From Candidatus Latescibacterota bacterium (GTDB lineage Bacteria; Latescibacterota; UBA2968; GCA-2709665), in contig OZ252100.1 in NCBI GenBank assembly GCA_965248435.1, positions 864,001 to 928,000 of the forward strand: a stretch of DNA of 64,000 bases. The letters run 5' to 3'. The position numbers and the translations under genes are program-made. Shown piece by piece: positions 38,926 through 49,426 of this stretch; positions within the stretch are counted from its first letter, which is position 1, and each line of letters begins with the position of its first letter. Under the pieces are notes generated by a model. It searched no databases and was not told where the DNA came from. It saw only the letters and a program-made list of their open reading frames with translations.

Positions 38926-40298
38926 TCGAAGATCTTTCCGGGGTTCAGGATGGTGTTGGGGTCGAAGCTCCCCTTCACGCGCCGCATCACATCCAGCGCC
39001 ACCGGCCCTACCATAGACTCGAGATAGGGCTTCTTTACCAGGCCGACCCCGTGTTCCCCGGTGACGGTTCCCCCAAGCTTTACCGCAAACTCCACGATCT
39101 CCTTTATCGCACGCTCAACGTGCTCCATTTCGCCTTCCTTGCGTTCGTCTACCATAAAGGTCGGATGCAGATTGCCGTCTCCCATGTGGCCGAGCGTGCC
39201 GATCCTGATCTGATACCGCTCCGCTACCTCCTGAATGTAGGCCACCATCCGGGCAAGTTCGCTGCGCGGCACCGTTGCGTCCTCCAGGATGATCGTCGGC
39301 GCCAGGTGGGCGAGCGCACCGAAGGCCGCACGCCTGGCCGCGATCATCTCCGCGGCCTCCTCTTCGGAGGCTGCGTGGCGCACCTCGCGCGCACCGTGAT
39401 CTAGCGCGATCCTCCCCGTCCGCTCGGCCTGCTCCTCGACCTGCGCCGGGTGCCCATCCACCTCTATCAATAAGACTGCCTCCGCATCACGGGGCAGTCC
39501 GATCTGGGCGTGGTCCTCCAGGCAGCCAATGGTTATCCGGTCCATGAATTCGAGCGTGCAGGGAATGATCTTCTCACGAATGATCGCAGAAGTCGTCTCC
39601 GCGGCGTCCGTCATCCGATCGAAAAGAGCCAGAAGGGTCTTTTTGGATTCGGGAGTGGGGATCAGTTTGAGGGTGATCTTCGTAATCACGCCGAGCGATC
39701 CTTCGGACCCGACGAAGAGATCTTTCAGCGTGAATCCCGCGACATCCTTCACGCACTTCGTTCCGGTGTTGAGGATTTGGCCGTCGGCCAGGACCACCTC
39801 CAATGCCATCACATAATCCCGAGTCACGCCGTACTTCAATCCCCTCAGCCCTCCTGAGTTGTTGGCCACATTCCCACCGATGGTCGAGATCTTCACGGAA
39901 CCCGGATCGGGCGGATAGAACAGCCCCGAGGCAGCAGCCGTTTCAAAGATCTTTTGGGTAATGACGCCGGGCTCCGCCGTGATCGTCAGGTTCTTCACAT
40001 CGAGTTCCAGAATCTTGTTCATCCGCACAAGGCAGAGCACGATACATCCAGGCACGGGTAACGATCCCCCACCCAGTCCCGTCCCCGAACCTCGCGTCAC
40101 GACGGGGATCCGGTCTCGATTCGCGATCTGGAGGACACGAGACACCTCGCTCGTCGTCTCGGCCATAAGAACGCAGCCGGGCATCTCGTGAAGGACGGCC
40201 GTGGCATCGAAGGCATAGACGCTCAGATCCTCGGGATCCGTGAGGATCTGATCCGGCTTCAAGAAATCGCGAAGCTCCTTGATGACGGACTCAATCAT
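38922..40298 (-). CDS. glcD: Glycolate oxidase FAD-linked subunit
   Basis: RGSGTGL.GG, YPPDPGS, GSEGSLG, GHMGDGNLHP, TGEHGVG and LNPGKIF motifs. Confidence 0.88.
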   Translation of the reverse strand: MIESVIKELRDFLKPDQILTDPEDLSVYAFDATAVLHEMPGCVLMAETTSEVSRVLQIANRDRIPVVTRGSGTGLGGGSLPVPGCIVLCLVRMNKILELDVKNLTITAEPGVITQKIFETAAASGLFYPPDPGSVKISTIGGNVANNSGGLRGLKYGVTRDYVMALEVVLADGQILNTGTKCVKDVAGFTLKDLFVGSEGSLGVITKITLKLIPTPESKKTLLALFDRMTDAAETTSAIIREKIIPCTLEFMDRITIGCLEDHAQIGLPRDAEAVLLIEVDGHPAQVEEQAERTGRIALDHGAREVRHAASEEEAAEMIAARRAAFGALAHLAPTIILEDATVPRSELARMVAYIQEVAERYQIRIGTLGHMGDGNLHPTFMVDERKEGEMEHVERAIKEIVEFAVKLGGTVTGEHGVGLVKKPYLESMVGPVALDVMRRVKGSFDPNTILNPGKIFD

Positions 40299-40404
40299 TT
40301 GGACGGCAACGCTCCGGCCATTACAAATAGTGTATGGCTATATTTGCTCGGCGATTTAACCTACGGTCATGGATAGGATGTGAGGTTCGGCTTTTCACTG
40401 GATC

Positions 40405-40429
40405 GGGCGAACACAAGGTTCGCCCCTAC
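40405..40429 (-). repeat. GTAG-type REP palindrome
   Basis: GGGCGAACACAAGGTTCGCCCCTAC, identical to the copy near 37462. Confidence 0.85.
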
Positions 40430-40526
40430 CGGGCCCATAACCAGCCACGATACTCGAATCCCTCTACCCGGTCTTTTCCGTTACAGAAGTACCAATCAAT
40501 AGATCCGGTCCCCGGTACCCGTTCTT

Positions 40527-40916
40527 TCAGAGGTACTCATCAATGGGCGCACCCATGAACAGCCACCAGCAGTCTTCGTCCGAGTGATTGTAAACCGAAC
40601 GGTAGACTTCTGCCGGGATGCGAAACGCATCGCGCGCTTCCGCGTCCACTACTTGATCACCGATGCGGATCTTGGCGCGGCCGCGCATCAGCACATAGAT
40701 CTCTTCAGCCTGCTTGTGGCGGTGATGTGCTACGGACTGGCCCGGCTTCAGGTGGCCGATGGAGAAGGCCAGGTGCTCGCAACCCAGCGGGGCGCTGTAG
40801 GCCCGTATCGAGAGGTTTTCTCGCTTCGGCCAGGGATGGTCCTCGGGCAAGGGCCCGCAGGGGTAGTCTTCGAGCTTGTCCCAGCTCACCGTGGTGTATT
40901 CAGACGGGTTGTCCAC
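40527..40916 (-). CDS. Cupin domain protein
   Basis: LKPGQSVAHHRHKQAEEIYVLMRG motif. AAGGAGGA precedes GTG 40916. Confidence 0.85.
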   Translation of the reverse strand: MDNPSEYTTVSWDKLEDYPCGPLPEDHPWPKRENLSIRAYSAPLGCEHLAFSIGHLKPGQSVAHHRHKQAEEIYVLMRGRAKIRIGDQVVDAEARDAFRIPAEVYRSVYNHSDEDCWWLFMGAPIDEYL

Positions 40917-41001
40917 GAATCCTCCTTTGAATGAATCAACCACTTCTACCATTAATTCATAATCGATTCGCCCGCCGCTTCAACTATTCGGTTCCTCGAT
41001 T

Positions 41002-41340
41002 CTGGAGTATTGCAGTACTGGAGTATTGGAGAATCTTACCTTCCTATTTCTCCATTACTCGATTCGTCTGTTACTCCAGCTTTCCAGCCCTCCGATCCTG
41101 GAGTACTGCTGTACTGGAGTAATGGGGTATGGAAAAACCTGCCTTCCCATTACTCCAACACTCCATTCCTCCAGCACCCGCGCCTTTGTTCTTTGTCCTC
41201 CATTACTCCATTCCCCCAACACTGACGCCTTTGTTCTTTGTCCTCCATTACTCCATTCCCCCAACACTGGCGCCTCTGTTCTTTGTTCTCCATTACTCCA
41301 ATACCCCATGACTCCATTCCCCCAGCACTCGCGATTCTGT
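41002..41340. repeat. Octamer inverted arrays with three 45-bp tandem units
   Basis: GGAGTA(T/C/A)T and TACTCCA arrays; 45-bp units at 41161-41205, 41206-41250 and 41251-41295. Confidence 0.85.
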
Positions 41341-41346
41341 TCCTCA

Positions 41347-42672
41347 TTATTGTATTCCCCAAACCGATGAAGGCCGCTTCGGGAAGAGCGCGTCAACAAG
41401 CTCTCGCGTTTCGTCCGAGCCTATGGTTATGTCCGGAAACGCATACTCGATGTCGTCCAGGGACCGAAATCCAAACAGCAGCTGAATAAAGGTCAGCCCG
41501 GGAAAAGTTACGTCCGGGACGTCGGGCCTCGGATCGTGGTTCTGCGGGGGTGTCCAGTCCTCGACCTTCGCCAGCCTCCCGTGCTCAAGAACGATCCGCA
41601 TCCCGCTCGTGCCGAAGCTGAGGAGAAGCTCGCCGGCCCATCCTTCAAGATGAGCCGCTAACCTCTGTTCCAGGGCCGGCGTCACGTGTCGGACGAATTT
41701 GGGAACGTCGGCGACACGGACGTACCAGGCGAACGGACGAATCTGTCGGGGCAGCTGGTCTTTCACGGCTTCATAGGCGGGATGCTCCGTTCCCAGCATC
41801 AAGGAGACCACGCCCGACCATGCTTCAGAACCCGCGACCTGCTCTCCCGCCGAGCGAAGATAACGCAGAACACCGGGCATCACGGAAGGCCACGGCACGT
41901 CCCTGGACAGTTCGAAGGCCCTCACCTTCATCTCCCCGCCGATCAGCCCGGGCCAGTGCAACAATAGACCGACCGCTTCGCCCTCGGGCGATAGGATGAT
42001 TCGGAACGCCACCCTGTGGTGCTCCCGATCACTGCGTCCGTCCAGCTCGTAGCGCCACATCGTCTCGTCACGCGCGCAGGAAACCAGGTAGCGTTCCATC
42101 CCCTGGCTGTAAACCTCCGACACGTAGGGAAGATCCTCACGCGTCCCCGGACGCAGTTGAACAGGCTCTGCATCTGCCGCTGTCGAATCAGGCTCGTCAC
42201 CCTTGCCTCCAGCCCGTCCTCCGAGCCACTCGACGGCCGTCTCGTAGCCGAACTGTCGATAGAACGGAAACCCCCCTCCCACGGCCTGCACCATCTCACC
42301 GCGCCCCCCACTCCACCCGTGCGCCAACTCCATCTGAGCCCGGACGAGTCCTCGACCTCGGTATTCGGGATGCGTAACAACGAGATCGATGGACCCGACG
42401 TCGAAATCGATGCCATCGAAGGACCAGGTCTGAGATATCAGGGCCAAAGATGAGATGATGGTTGAGGAAGACCTGTCCTCCACGATCGTGAAATCCTCGG
42501 GACTGAAGCACGGATGGCGACCGCTGATCAGGTCCGTCGTCCAGGCACGGATACCCGCGGCACGTTCTTCGTCACCCACGTCACTCAGCACAGACGCATT
42601 CAGCTCGGCCAGCGCTTCGGCGTCTTCAGCCCTCGCTTGCCTTAGAACCAGCCCGCTTCCTATATCTTTCAT
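41347..42672 (-). CDS. GNAT family N-acetyltransferase (Eis-like architecture)
   Basis: VVTHPEYRGRGLVR and FYRQFGYE motifs, with a C-terminal SCP2-like segment. Confidence 0.85.
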   Translation of the reverse strand: MKDIGSGLVLRQARAEDAEALAELNASVLSDVGDEERAAGIRAWTTDLISGRHPCFSPEDFTIVEDRSSSTIISSLALISQTWSFDGIDFDVGSIDLVVTHPEYRGRGLVRAQMELAHGWSGGRGEMVQAVGGGFPFYRQFGYETAVEWLGGRAGGKGDEPDSTAADAEPVQLRPGTREDLPYVSEVYSQGMERYLVSCARDETMWRYELDGRSDREHHRVAFRIILSPEGEAVGLLLHWPGLIGGEMKVRAFELSRDVPWPSVMPGVLRYLRSAGEQVAGSEAWSGVVSLMLGTEHPAYEAVKDQLPRQIRPFAWYVRVADVPKFVRHVTPALEQRLAAHLEGWAGELLLSFGTSGMRIVLEHGRLAKVEDWTPPQNHDPRPDVPDVTFPGLTFIQLLFGFRSLDDIEYAFPDITIGSDETRELVDALFPKRPSSVWGIQ

Positions 42673-42797
42673 GGGTTCATTTCGTCTCAGACACAAAAAA
42701 TGGACCTGGAGTCGAAACCAATATAAAACCCCAAGTCCATTCGTCAAACAAAGGAAGTGATGATTGCGAATTATTCAGGCAGCCAGATTACGTCCCC

Positions 42798-44201
42798 TCA
42801 AAGTTCCCTGTGCCAGAACGGATTTTGAAGTTCTCCCGGATAGTCCGAATGGACGAGCTCGAAATTTCCCAGTCCTCTCCGGTCGCGGAAAATGAACTGG
42901 TACCTTCCGGCCATGTTGTAGAACCACACCTCATAGGGCTTTTGACCGGCAGCGGAGGTGTGATAGTCGACGTCGTCGGGAGGTCCGTACTTGATGTAGA
43001 CTCGGCCTTTGTCCGTGTCCGATCCGCGCACACCACGGTTCCCCTGAAACCTGACATCCGCGTGATGCACCCAGTACATGTGTTTAAGCAGACGCTCGTT
43101 CGTCGGGGTCTCGGGCGTAGGGTCCATCTTCTTCCAGAATGCCCTCAGAAACTTCATCCGCGAAGGCCAATCGTCGAGTTTTTTGAAGGCACCGATCTGC
43201 ACCGAAGAGGCAATGTATCGAATGTCCGAAAAATACCGGATCATGTCTCTCTGAGCCTGGAGCAGGGCCAGCCGGTCTTCAGAAGCGACGAACAGCTTAC
43301 GGCGGATGCGGAGATATTCTCGACTGACACCATCAAAGGCCTCGATCTGGATCTCATGGGGCCCGTCCTCAAGACCCTCCGTGTCCAGAAACTCGGTCTT
43401 GACGACACTCTCACCCGGTTTCAACACCAGCTTTGCCGGAAACTGTTTCACGGCCTGTCCCGTCGAATCCAGAAGGGTATAGCCAAGGATAAAACTGTCG
43501 TCGGATTGATCCGGATAGAGTGAAAAATTGTAAAGCTCGAAATAGATCGGAAGCGCATCTCCGGCAACATAGGTCCGGTTGACGTTTGGAACGACCTTCC
43601 ACCCCTGCTTTTCGTACTGGTCGGAATCTCCCGTCCGAACCATCTCTTTGGCAAGCTGGATATCGCTGAATACCAGACCTTCTCTCTCGAACCCCCTCAC
43701 CTCCAGGAGCGTGGCGGCCGTGCCCGTTATGCCGGCCTTGGAATCCGTGACCGAGATACTCGCCCCGTAGAGGCCGGGCTTCAGATCGAATTTCACAACC
43801 TCGCGATGTGGCGCCCCGCCATCCGCCAGGGCGTCCAGGTCTTCGATCGACACCGCACGCCGCCACTTCTTTTCCTTTACGGTTTCGCCGGAAGAGTCGA
43901 TCAGGGTCGTGGAGAATTCCATCTTCCCGATCCGTTTATTTTTCTTTACCTCAAGGCGCAGCTGCTTCACATCGATCAGAACATAGATCTCCTGGCGCGT
44001 GTAACCCACGGCTCCCCGAAACCCGGCGACATCCATGAAGAATCTCAAGTTGCCGGCGCTCTCGATCGGCATTTCAGCGCTTTCGAAAAACTCGACGCTT
44101 CCTGCCGGTATGATCGCGGGCTCCTCTGCACGGACCGACAGGTCGGAGATCCCGATCCCGATCACCGCGACAATGATCAGGCTAGGCCAGAGATATCGCA
44201 A
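42798..44201 (-). CDS. GWxTD domain protein
   Basis: FWKKMDPTPETPTNE...RGSDTDKGRVYIKYGPPD...YEVWFY...FIFRD; signal peptide. Confidence 0.85.
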   Translation of the reverse strand: MRYLWPSLIIVAVIGIGISDLSVRAEEPAIIPAGSVEFFESAEMPIESAGNLRFFMDVAGFRGAVGYTRQEIYVLIDVKQLRLEVKKNKRIGKMEFSTTLIDSSGETVKEKKWRRAVSIEDLDALADGGAPHREVVKFDLKPGLYGASISVTDSKAGITGTAATLLEVRGFEREGLVFSDIQLAKEMVRTGDSDQYEKQGWKVVPNVNRTYVAGDALPIYFELYNFSLYPDQSDDSFILGYTLLDSTGQAVKQFPAKLVLKPGESVVKTEFLDTEGLEDGPHEIQIEAFDGVSREYLRIRRKLFVASEDRLALLQAQRDMIRYFSDIRYIASSVQIGAFKKLDDWPSRMKFLRAFWKKMDPTPETPTNERLLKHMYWVHHADVRFQGNRGVRGSDTDKGRVYIKYGPPDDVDYHTSAAGQKPYEVWFYNMAGRYQFIFRDRRGLGNFELVHSDYPGELQNPFWHREL

Positions 44202-44320
44202 GGGTCGATCCCTCCTTTTGCCAGTCCATTCCTCGGGTACTGATTAGGATTTCGATAGAGGCTAGTGGGGCGGGTTGAAATCGCGCCCCGCTGAGGAGAT
44301 TTGATGAAAAGCGGTTTCTG

Positions 44321-46780
44321 TCAGCCCCCATACCTGAAGCGGACCTCACGCGAGGAGGACTGGCCACTGACCAGGTCTTCGACTCTAACTTCCAGGACCT
44401 GAAGCCCGGCCTTCGCTTTGCTGAGGTCAAGCTCGAAGTACTCGCGTTCTGTCGGATCGGATCCAACCTGTTCGTAACTGACCGAAACCTGCGGTTTACC
44501 TCTGTTGAATATGGAGCCGATTCCCCGCTTCATTGCCCCGAAGACGCCGACGGAATGCCCCTTCCCGGTTCGGACCGTGTAGTTGACCTTATAGCGAGTC
44601 TGACCGAACGTGTCCTTCGACAGGTTGTAGACTTCGTAGTAGGCGTGCACTTTCTGATCGTCTCCATAGGACCGGGTCGGCATCGGAATGATCCAGACGT
44701 CCCCCTTCCGGAACTTCGCGGCCTGTTCGGTAGCCCCGATGTCCATCGCCAGTTCTATGTCGCTCAGCTGCAGGACATCGATCGTGAAGTCCGGGACCTC
44801 AAGGGACTGTTTGTAGAGCCCTGTCCGCCCTGAAATCCGATCTTTCAACTGGACCTGAAGCTCATACTTGCCGGGAGGAATCTGGGTCTTCAGAATCTCC
44901 GGGACGAATGACCCCTTCGTCTTGTTCATTTCCCCGACAGTCCGGTAGTAAAACTCCTCTTTCGTTCGGTAGATAACCGTGTGATCTTCGTCGGCCAGTG
45001 CGATTGCCGCCTCCACGTGGATGTAGGAGGAATCCGCCTCTTCGATCGCCTCAACCTGCTCGGGCGGTATGCCGTAATAGATTTCCAGTGAGGTATGGCC
45101 GTCGTGAGAAGAAAAATTCGCAAGGTCGTAGTAGAAGTTCAGAGCAGGGCCCAGGAGTCCGGGCCTGTAGTAGTCGGGGACTTCGCCTGCGGCATTCGCG
45201 TAGATCGTGGCGGGCGCGTGTTGGGAAATAACAGCGATCGATCTTATCATATTCGAACTCAGGTCACTCACCGGAGGGATCGGGGCGAAATCGAAACGCC
45301 CGTTCCTTTTCTCATCAGTGAAGACGATTTCAATCCCCCCCTGGATCTGCGTGTAGGTCCAGGCCTCCCAAGACACCATCGCGATATCCTGTTCGGACGT
45401 CACGGGGGCGTAATCGCCGAACAGAAGTTTGACCCTTCCGAAAGACTCGAAATCCGCGTCAGCCGCATCATCCTCAAGGCCGCCGTCCTCCGCTGGGGCA
45501 TCGATGTCCACCGATTCGAGGCCGCTCGGGTCACCGCCCAAGTCCTGGTCTTCCACTTGGCCCCCAAAGTCATCCAGACTCCTCTGCATCACGGAATGCC
45601 GATGCGACCGAATCGGGTAGACAGGACCGACGAAGGTCAGGAACTGGGCCTCGGGTCCGTAGATCTGTACGGCCATCCGGTTGCGTACCGCCTCGACCTC
45701 CGGGCTCTGTCGAAACTCTCTCTTGGCGGATCGGGACCGGAAGTCCGGCTCACCGTACCGAATGTAAACTTCGCCGCGCTTGTCCCACGGATAGATCCTG
45801 TCGGCAAAATAGGTCCGGGCAAACCAGACCCTTCTGTAGTGCTCGATAATCCGTTCGTTGATCTTCGTCAGAATGTCGGGATCCCGCCTCGCCCAGAACT
45901 GCTCAAGGTAGGCAATGCGCACGCCCTCATCCTGGATCTCCTTGTAATCTTCCAGCTCAGACTGCGAGCCGATTAGGGAGATGTCTGTGTACAATCTCCT
46001 CTCGTGGCCCTCTTTGTTTTGTAGATAGCGTTCGAAGTACTCCAGCGCCAGGTCAGGCTTGTCCTGGTAGAAGTATCCCTGAGCCGCCAACGGAAGAAGC
46101 CTGAAGTCGTCCGGATTGGCCCTCAAGTGCGGGGCAATGTACTTATCAATATTCTCGTACTGCTGGTCCAGCACACTGGCCAGCCCGAAATGGTATAGGC
46201 CGTCCGGATTATCCGGCTCGAGCTCGATGTACCTGAGATAATATCGGATAGCCTTCTTGTGGTCCTCCTGATACTTCTCGTAGACCTCCCCCAGCAGACG
46301 ATAGGCCGGTCCGTAGGACGAGTCGATCCTTGCGGCCCGCTTGGCGTGCCCGATCGCTCGGCGGTAATTGTAGAAAGCAGTAATTCCTCTGGCCGGTTTT
46401 TGGGCGTGTGTCATTCCCAATCCGACATAGGCCGGCGCATACTTCTTGTCCAGTTTCTTGGCCTTCTCGAAGGACTTCTCCGCCTCGCCAAAATTCTCTC
46501 GTTTCAACTGGACGGTGCCAAGCCAGGTCCGAATGACGGCATCCTTCGGATAGGCCTCGACGAGCCGGGCGAAGATTTCCTCCGCCTCGAAGTATTCCTC
46601 CGCGCCGAAGTGGCTCTCTGCGAGGATCATCAGAGAATCCCGCTCGGCCTCGGTCATCGTGGGGACCTCAACCTCGTCCTCCTCGTCGCCGGCAGCCGCA
46701 GGCCCGCTCACGACAATCAAAAGGCAAAGCAGAAACATGATGGAGAGGGTGAAAGGCCAAAATCGCTTAGCCCCGTGCAT
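44321..46780 (-). CDS. TPR + GWxTD domain protein
   Basis: Signal peptide, TPR helices, FWARRDP...NERIIEHYRRV..A...WDKRGEVYIRYGEPD. RBS GGAGG before ATG 46780. Confidence 0.85.
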   Translation of the reverse strand: MHGAKRFWPFTLSIMFLLCLLIVVSGPAAAGDEEDEVEVPTMTEAERDSLMILAESHFGAEEYFEAEEIFARLVEAYPKDAVIRTWLGTVQLKRENFGEAEKSFEKAKKLDKKYAPAYVGLGMTHAQKPARGITAFYNYRRAIGHAKRAARIDSSYGPAYRLLGEVYEKYQEDHKKAIRYYLRYIELEPDNPDGLYHFGLASVLDQQYENIDKYIAPHLRANPDDFRLLPLAAQGYFYQDKPDLALEYFERYLQNKEGHERRLYTDISLIGSQSELEDYKEIQDEGVRIAYLEQFWARRDPDILTKINERIIEHYRRVWFARTYFADRIYPWDKRGEVYIRYGEPDFRSRSAKREFRQSPEVEAVRNRMAVQIYGPEAQFLTFVGPVYPIRSHRHSVMQRSLDDFGGQVEDQDLGGDPSGLESVDIDAPAEDGGLEDDAADADFESFGRVKLLFGDYAPVTSEQDIAMVSWEAWTYTQIQGGIEIVFTDEKRNGRFDFAPIPPVSDLSSNMIRSIAVISQHAPATIYANAAGEVPDYYRPGLLGPALNFYYDLANFSSHDGHTSLEIYYGIPPEQVEAIEEADSSYIHVEAAIALADEDHTVIYRTKEEFYYRTVGEMNKTKGSFVPEILKTQIPPGKYELQVQLKDRISGRTGLYKQSLEVPDFTIDVLQLSDIELAMDIGATEQAAKFRKGDVWIIPMPTRSYGDDQKVHAYYEVYNLSKDTFGQTRYKVNYTVRTGKGHSVGVFGAMKRGIGSIFNRGKPQVSVSYEQVGSDPTEREYFELDLSKAKAGLQVLEVRVEDLVSGQSSSREVRFRYGG

Positions 46781-47229
46781 GGCTTCCTCCTTGCTGTCAG
46801 ACTGATCCAGGTTGCTGCAGATTATTATTGTCGCTACCCGGCTGCTATTTTTCACGTCCGGATAAGGCCAAAGTTCCACGGAATCAGCTCCGCTTGGGAG
46901 GGATTTCCCATAAATCAGCCCTTTCCGCGTCCAGACCCGAAATATCGATGGAATCTGAACGCGTCTGGCCTCATAAATCGCAAAAAAATAACAGGAAGCG
47001 GCAGCACTGTCAAGCACCTTGCGCGGAGGGAAGATGGTCGAATCTGCCCCGGGTCGCCCCGCACGGTGGGTTGCCTGGCGCCGAAATATGGCTGAACGAC
47101 CAACTCGTGGAATCGTAGAGAACGTCCCCGCCGCACGCTCCCCGATTTCTTCTTACGCTTGTGAAAACCGAAGGGTTTCATTATCTTTCCGCCCCGCAAT
47201 CATCACAGCACGTAACTCGAGGAAATCTT

Positions 47230-47727
47230 ATGGCACACAACCTCCTCATCGTTGACGATGAAGAAGACATTCGGTCCGTCCTGGAGGATTTATTCACGAG
47301 CCGGGGATGCGAGGTCACCAAGGCCACGAACGGCAAGGAGGCACTCGATCTCCTTCAGGGGTTCACCCCTGACCTTATCCTGGCCGACTACCAGATGCCC
47401 GAAATGGACGGAATCGAGCTCTTCAAAGAGGCCCGATCTCTTTATCCGGACACCACTCGCATCCTGCTCACCGCTCACGGCGACCTCAAGGTGGCCATCG
47501 CCGCCATCAACGAGGCCGGGGTTTATAGATTTATAACTAAACCCTGGAATAACAATGACTTGATTCTGACCGTGCAGCGGGCCCTCGAACACCACGACCT
47601 GATCAAGGAAAACCGCGCCTTCGCTGACACCCTGGAACTGATGGTAGACGAAAATACTCAGGAAATCGAACGCCTCAGGTCCGAACTTCGGAAGATTGCC
47701 GCCCGGATCCGCAGCCTCCTGCCCTAG
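47230..47727 (+). CDS. Response regulator (REC + coiled coil)
   Basis: LLIVDDEE, ADYQMPEMDG, AIAAINEAGVYRFITKPW motifs. Confidence 0.92.
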   Translation: MAHNLLIVDDEEDIRSVLEDLFTSRGCEVTKATNGKEALDLLQGFTPDLILADYQMPEMDGIELFKEARSLYPDTTRILLTAHGDLKVAIAAINEAGVYRFITKPWNNNDLILTVQRALEHHDLIKENRAFADTLELMVDENTQEIERLRSELRKIAARIRSLLP

Positions 47728-47745
47728 AATCAAGCCCCGCTCCGC

Positions 47746-47774
47746 CTAAAGTTTTTTCCCTAAATAGCCGATAA
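47746..47774 (+). promoter_or_regulatory. sigma28 (FliA/SigD)-like promoter
   Basis: CTAAAGTTT...GCCGATAA; the spacer is one nt longer than the E. coli TAAA-N15-GCCGATAA consensus. Confidence 0.65.
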
Positions 47775-47827
47775 CTTGAATAGATACTCCATTTAGGGAA
47801 ACAACTTGATCACAGGCGGTGTTCGGG

Positions 47828-47983
47828 ATGTTGACTCCGATTACATCCGTAATCAGTCCGGCGGAAGATAGAGATGCCTGGAAGCAGCGCAGGCGGCGGG
47901 ATCGAAAGCCGGGCAAAAAGCAGACGGATTCGGACACTCACCCGTCCGAGAAGAAGCCGGATCACCTCGACCTCACGGCTTGA
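47828..47983 (+). CDS. Unannotated 51-aa small protein
   Basis: MLTPITSVISPAEDRDAWKQRRRRDRKPGKKQTDSDTHPSEKKPDHLDLTA*, with RBS AGGCGGTG, lying between the sigma28-like promoter and a terminator. Confidence 0.65.
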   Translation: MLTPITSVISPAEDRDAWKQRRRRDRKPGKKQTDSDTHPSEKKPDHLDLTA

Positions 47984-48005
47984 CCCTCAAGACCATTGCA
48001 CTGAT

Positions 48006-48043
48006 AAGCCGGTCTTCGCAAGAGCGAGGACCGGCTTTTTTTT
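48006..48043 (+). terminator. Intrinsic terminator
   Basis: AGCCGGTCTTCGC-AAGA-GCGAGGACCGGC followed by a T8 tract. Confidence 0.9.
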
Positions 48044-48163
48044 ATGCAGACGGCAGACGGCGGGATGAATAACGTAATCCTTGGGGTATAAGCGGTCCAC
48101 GGTCCGTCGTCCGTGGTCAAGCACAACCTCTCTTAGAGTCGCAGCCGCGGCCCCTGACCCTGG

Positions 48164-49303
48164 TCAGATCTTGCCACCAACTACCCGATCATAGATCCCC
48201 TCCAGCCGTCCACCCAGGACCCTTCGGTCGTGATTCGCCTCCACGTGCGCCCTGCCCGCCCTGCCCATCTCGGCCCGAAGCTCCTCTGACCCCAAGATCG
48301 CATCCAGGCCTTCGGCAAGTCCTTCCACGTCTCGCTCTCGGAAGAGCAGCCCGCACTTCTCGTGGGGAACGATGGTCGGAATGTCGGCGTGCAGAGAGGA
48401 GACCACGGGGAGCCCCGACGCCATCGCTTCGATCAATGCCACGGGTGCCCCGCCCTCTGTATCGCCGTCTCCGGCAGTCACGCTCGGATGCAGAAGCACC
48501 GTCGCTCGGTGCAATTCCTCCAGGCAGGCGGCGTGCGGTTGCAAACCCAATAGATCGACGCGATCACCCATCCCCAGTGCTTCGATCTCCGTTTCAATCT
48601 CCGGTCGAAGGGGCCCGTCTCCGACCATCCTAACGCACAGGCCGGGATACCTGTCCAGGACTCGGTGAACGGCACGCAGCCCGTAGACCAGCCCCTTCTT
48701 CTCTCGAAACGAGGCGTAGGTCATTACGATCGGCCCCGCCTTGGACAGATCATCACCGGCGCGCGGGGTGATCCTTTCGAGGTCGACACCAAGGCAGTGC
48801 ATCTCGATCTTGTCGTGCGGGCATCCCAGCGCCTCTATCGACTCCGCCATTCTCGGACCCTCCGCCAGAAAAAGCTGCCCCTCGGCGAAGAGCCGTTTAA
48901 ATCGGTTGAACCAGATCCGCTGTTTCGGGAGCACAGAGACGTCCAGTCCATAAAAACTGGTCACCATCGGAATCCGCGCGCCCCTTCCTGCCCCGAGGCA
49001 CCGGAACCCTTCCTGTCCGAAATGGGCGTGCATCAGGACCGCGCCTTCCTGCATCAACACCTGCTGGTATCCCACATAGGTGCCCCTCCACTTTCGGAGC
49101 CCCCGGTAGGCCATCCGTCGAAAAGTGGGCAGTGCCTCCTGGGCGAAAACGACATCTGTAGAGGGATAGTGATCGCGGTTTCGGACGGCCTGTGTCAAAA
49201 CAACAGGCCGGTAGCGGGAGAGGGATCGGATCTGGTCGTAGATCCAGACGTTCGTCATCTCCAGGTATGGGCTTGCGCAGTGTGCAACGGTTCGCTTTCG
49301 CAT
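48164..49303 (-). CDS. Glycosyltransferase family 4 (WcaL-like)
   Basis: HAHFG, EKKG and DGDTEGGAPVALIEAMASGLPVVSS motifs. Confidence 0.92.
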   Translation of the reverse strand: MRKRTVAHCASPYLEMTNVWIYDQIRSLSRYRPVVLTQAVRNRDHYPSTDVVFAQEALPTFRRMAYRGLRKWRGTYVGYQQVLMQEGAVLMHAHFGQEGFRCLGAGRGARIPMVTSFYGLDVSVLPKQRIWFNRFKRLFAEGQLFLAEGPRMAESIEALGCPHDKIEMHCLGVDLERITPRAGDDLSKAGPIVMTYASFREKKGLVYGLRAVHRVLDRYPGLCVRMVGDGPLRPEIETEIEALGMGDRVDLLGLQPHAACLEELHRATVLLHPSVTAGDGDTEGGAPVALIEAMASGLPVVSSLHADIPTIVPHEKCGLLFRERDVEGLAEGLDAILGSEELRAEMGRAGRAHVEANHDRRVLGGRLEGIYDRVVGGKI

Positions 49304-49426
49304 CTCTTAGTATAAATGTATAGGCTGTCGTCGATGTCGGGCTAAATAGCGTATCTCGTATCTCGTGAAGCGTATCTCGTCCGAGGTATCCCGTACCAGA
49401 AATACCCACCCCGACCCAGGAGGGGA

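Noticed and set aside
41161-41330. Possible CRISPR array or repeat-protein ORFs
   Set aside because: No spacers. The ORFs occur in several frames on both strands, which is typical of non-coding repeats.
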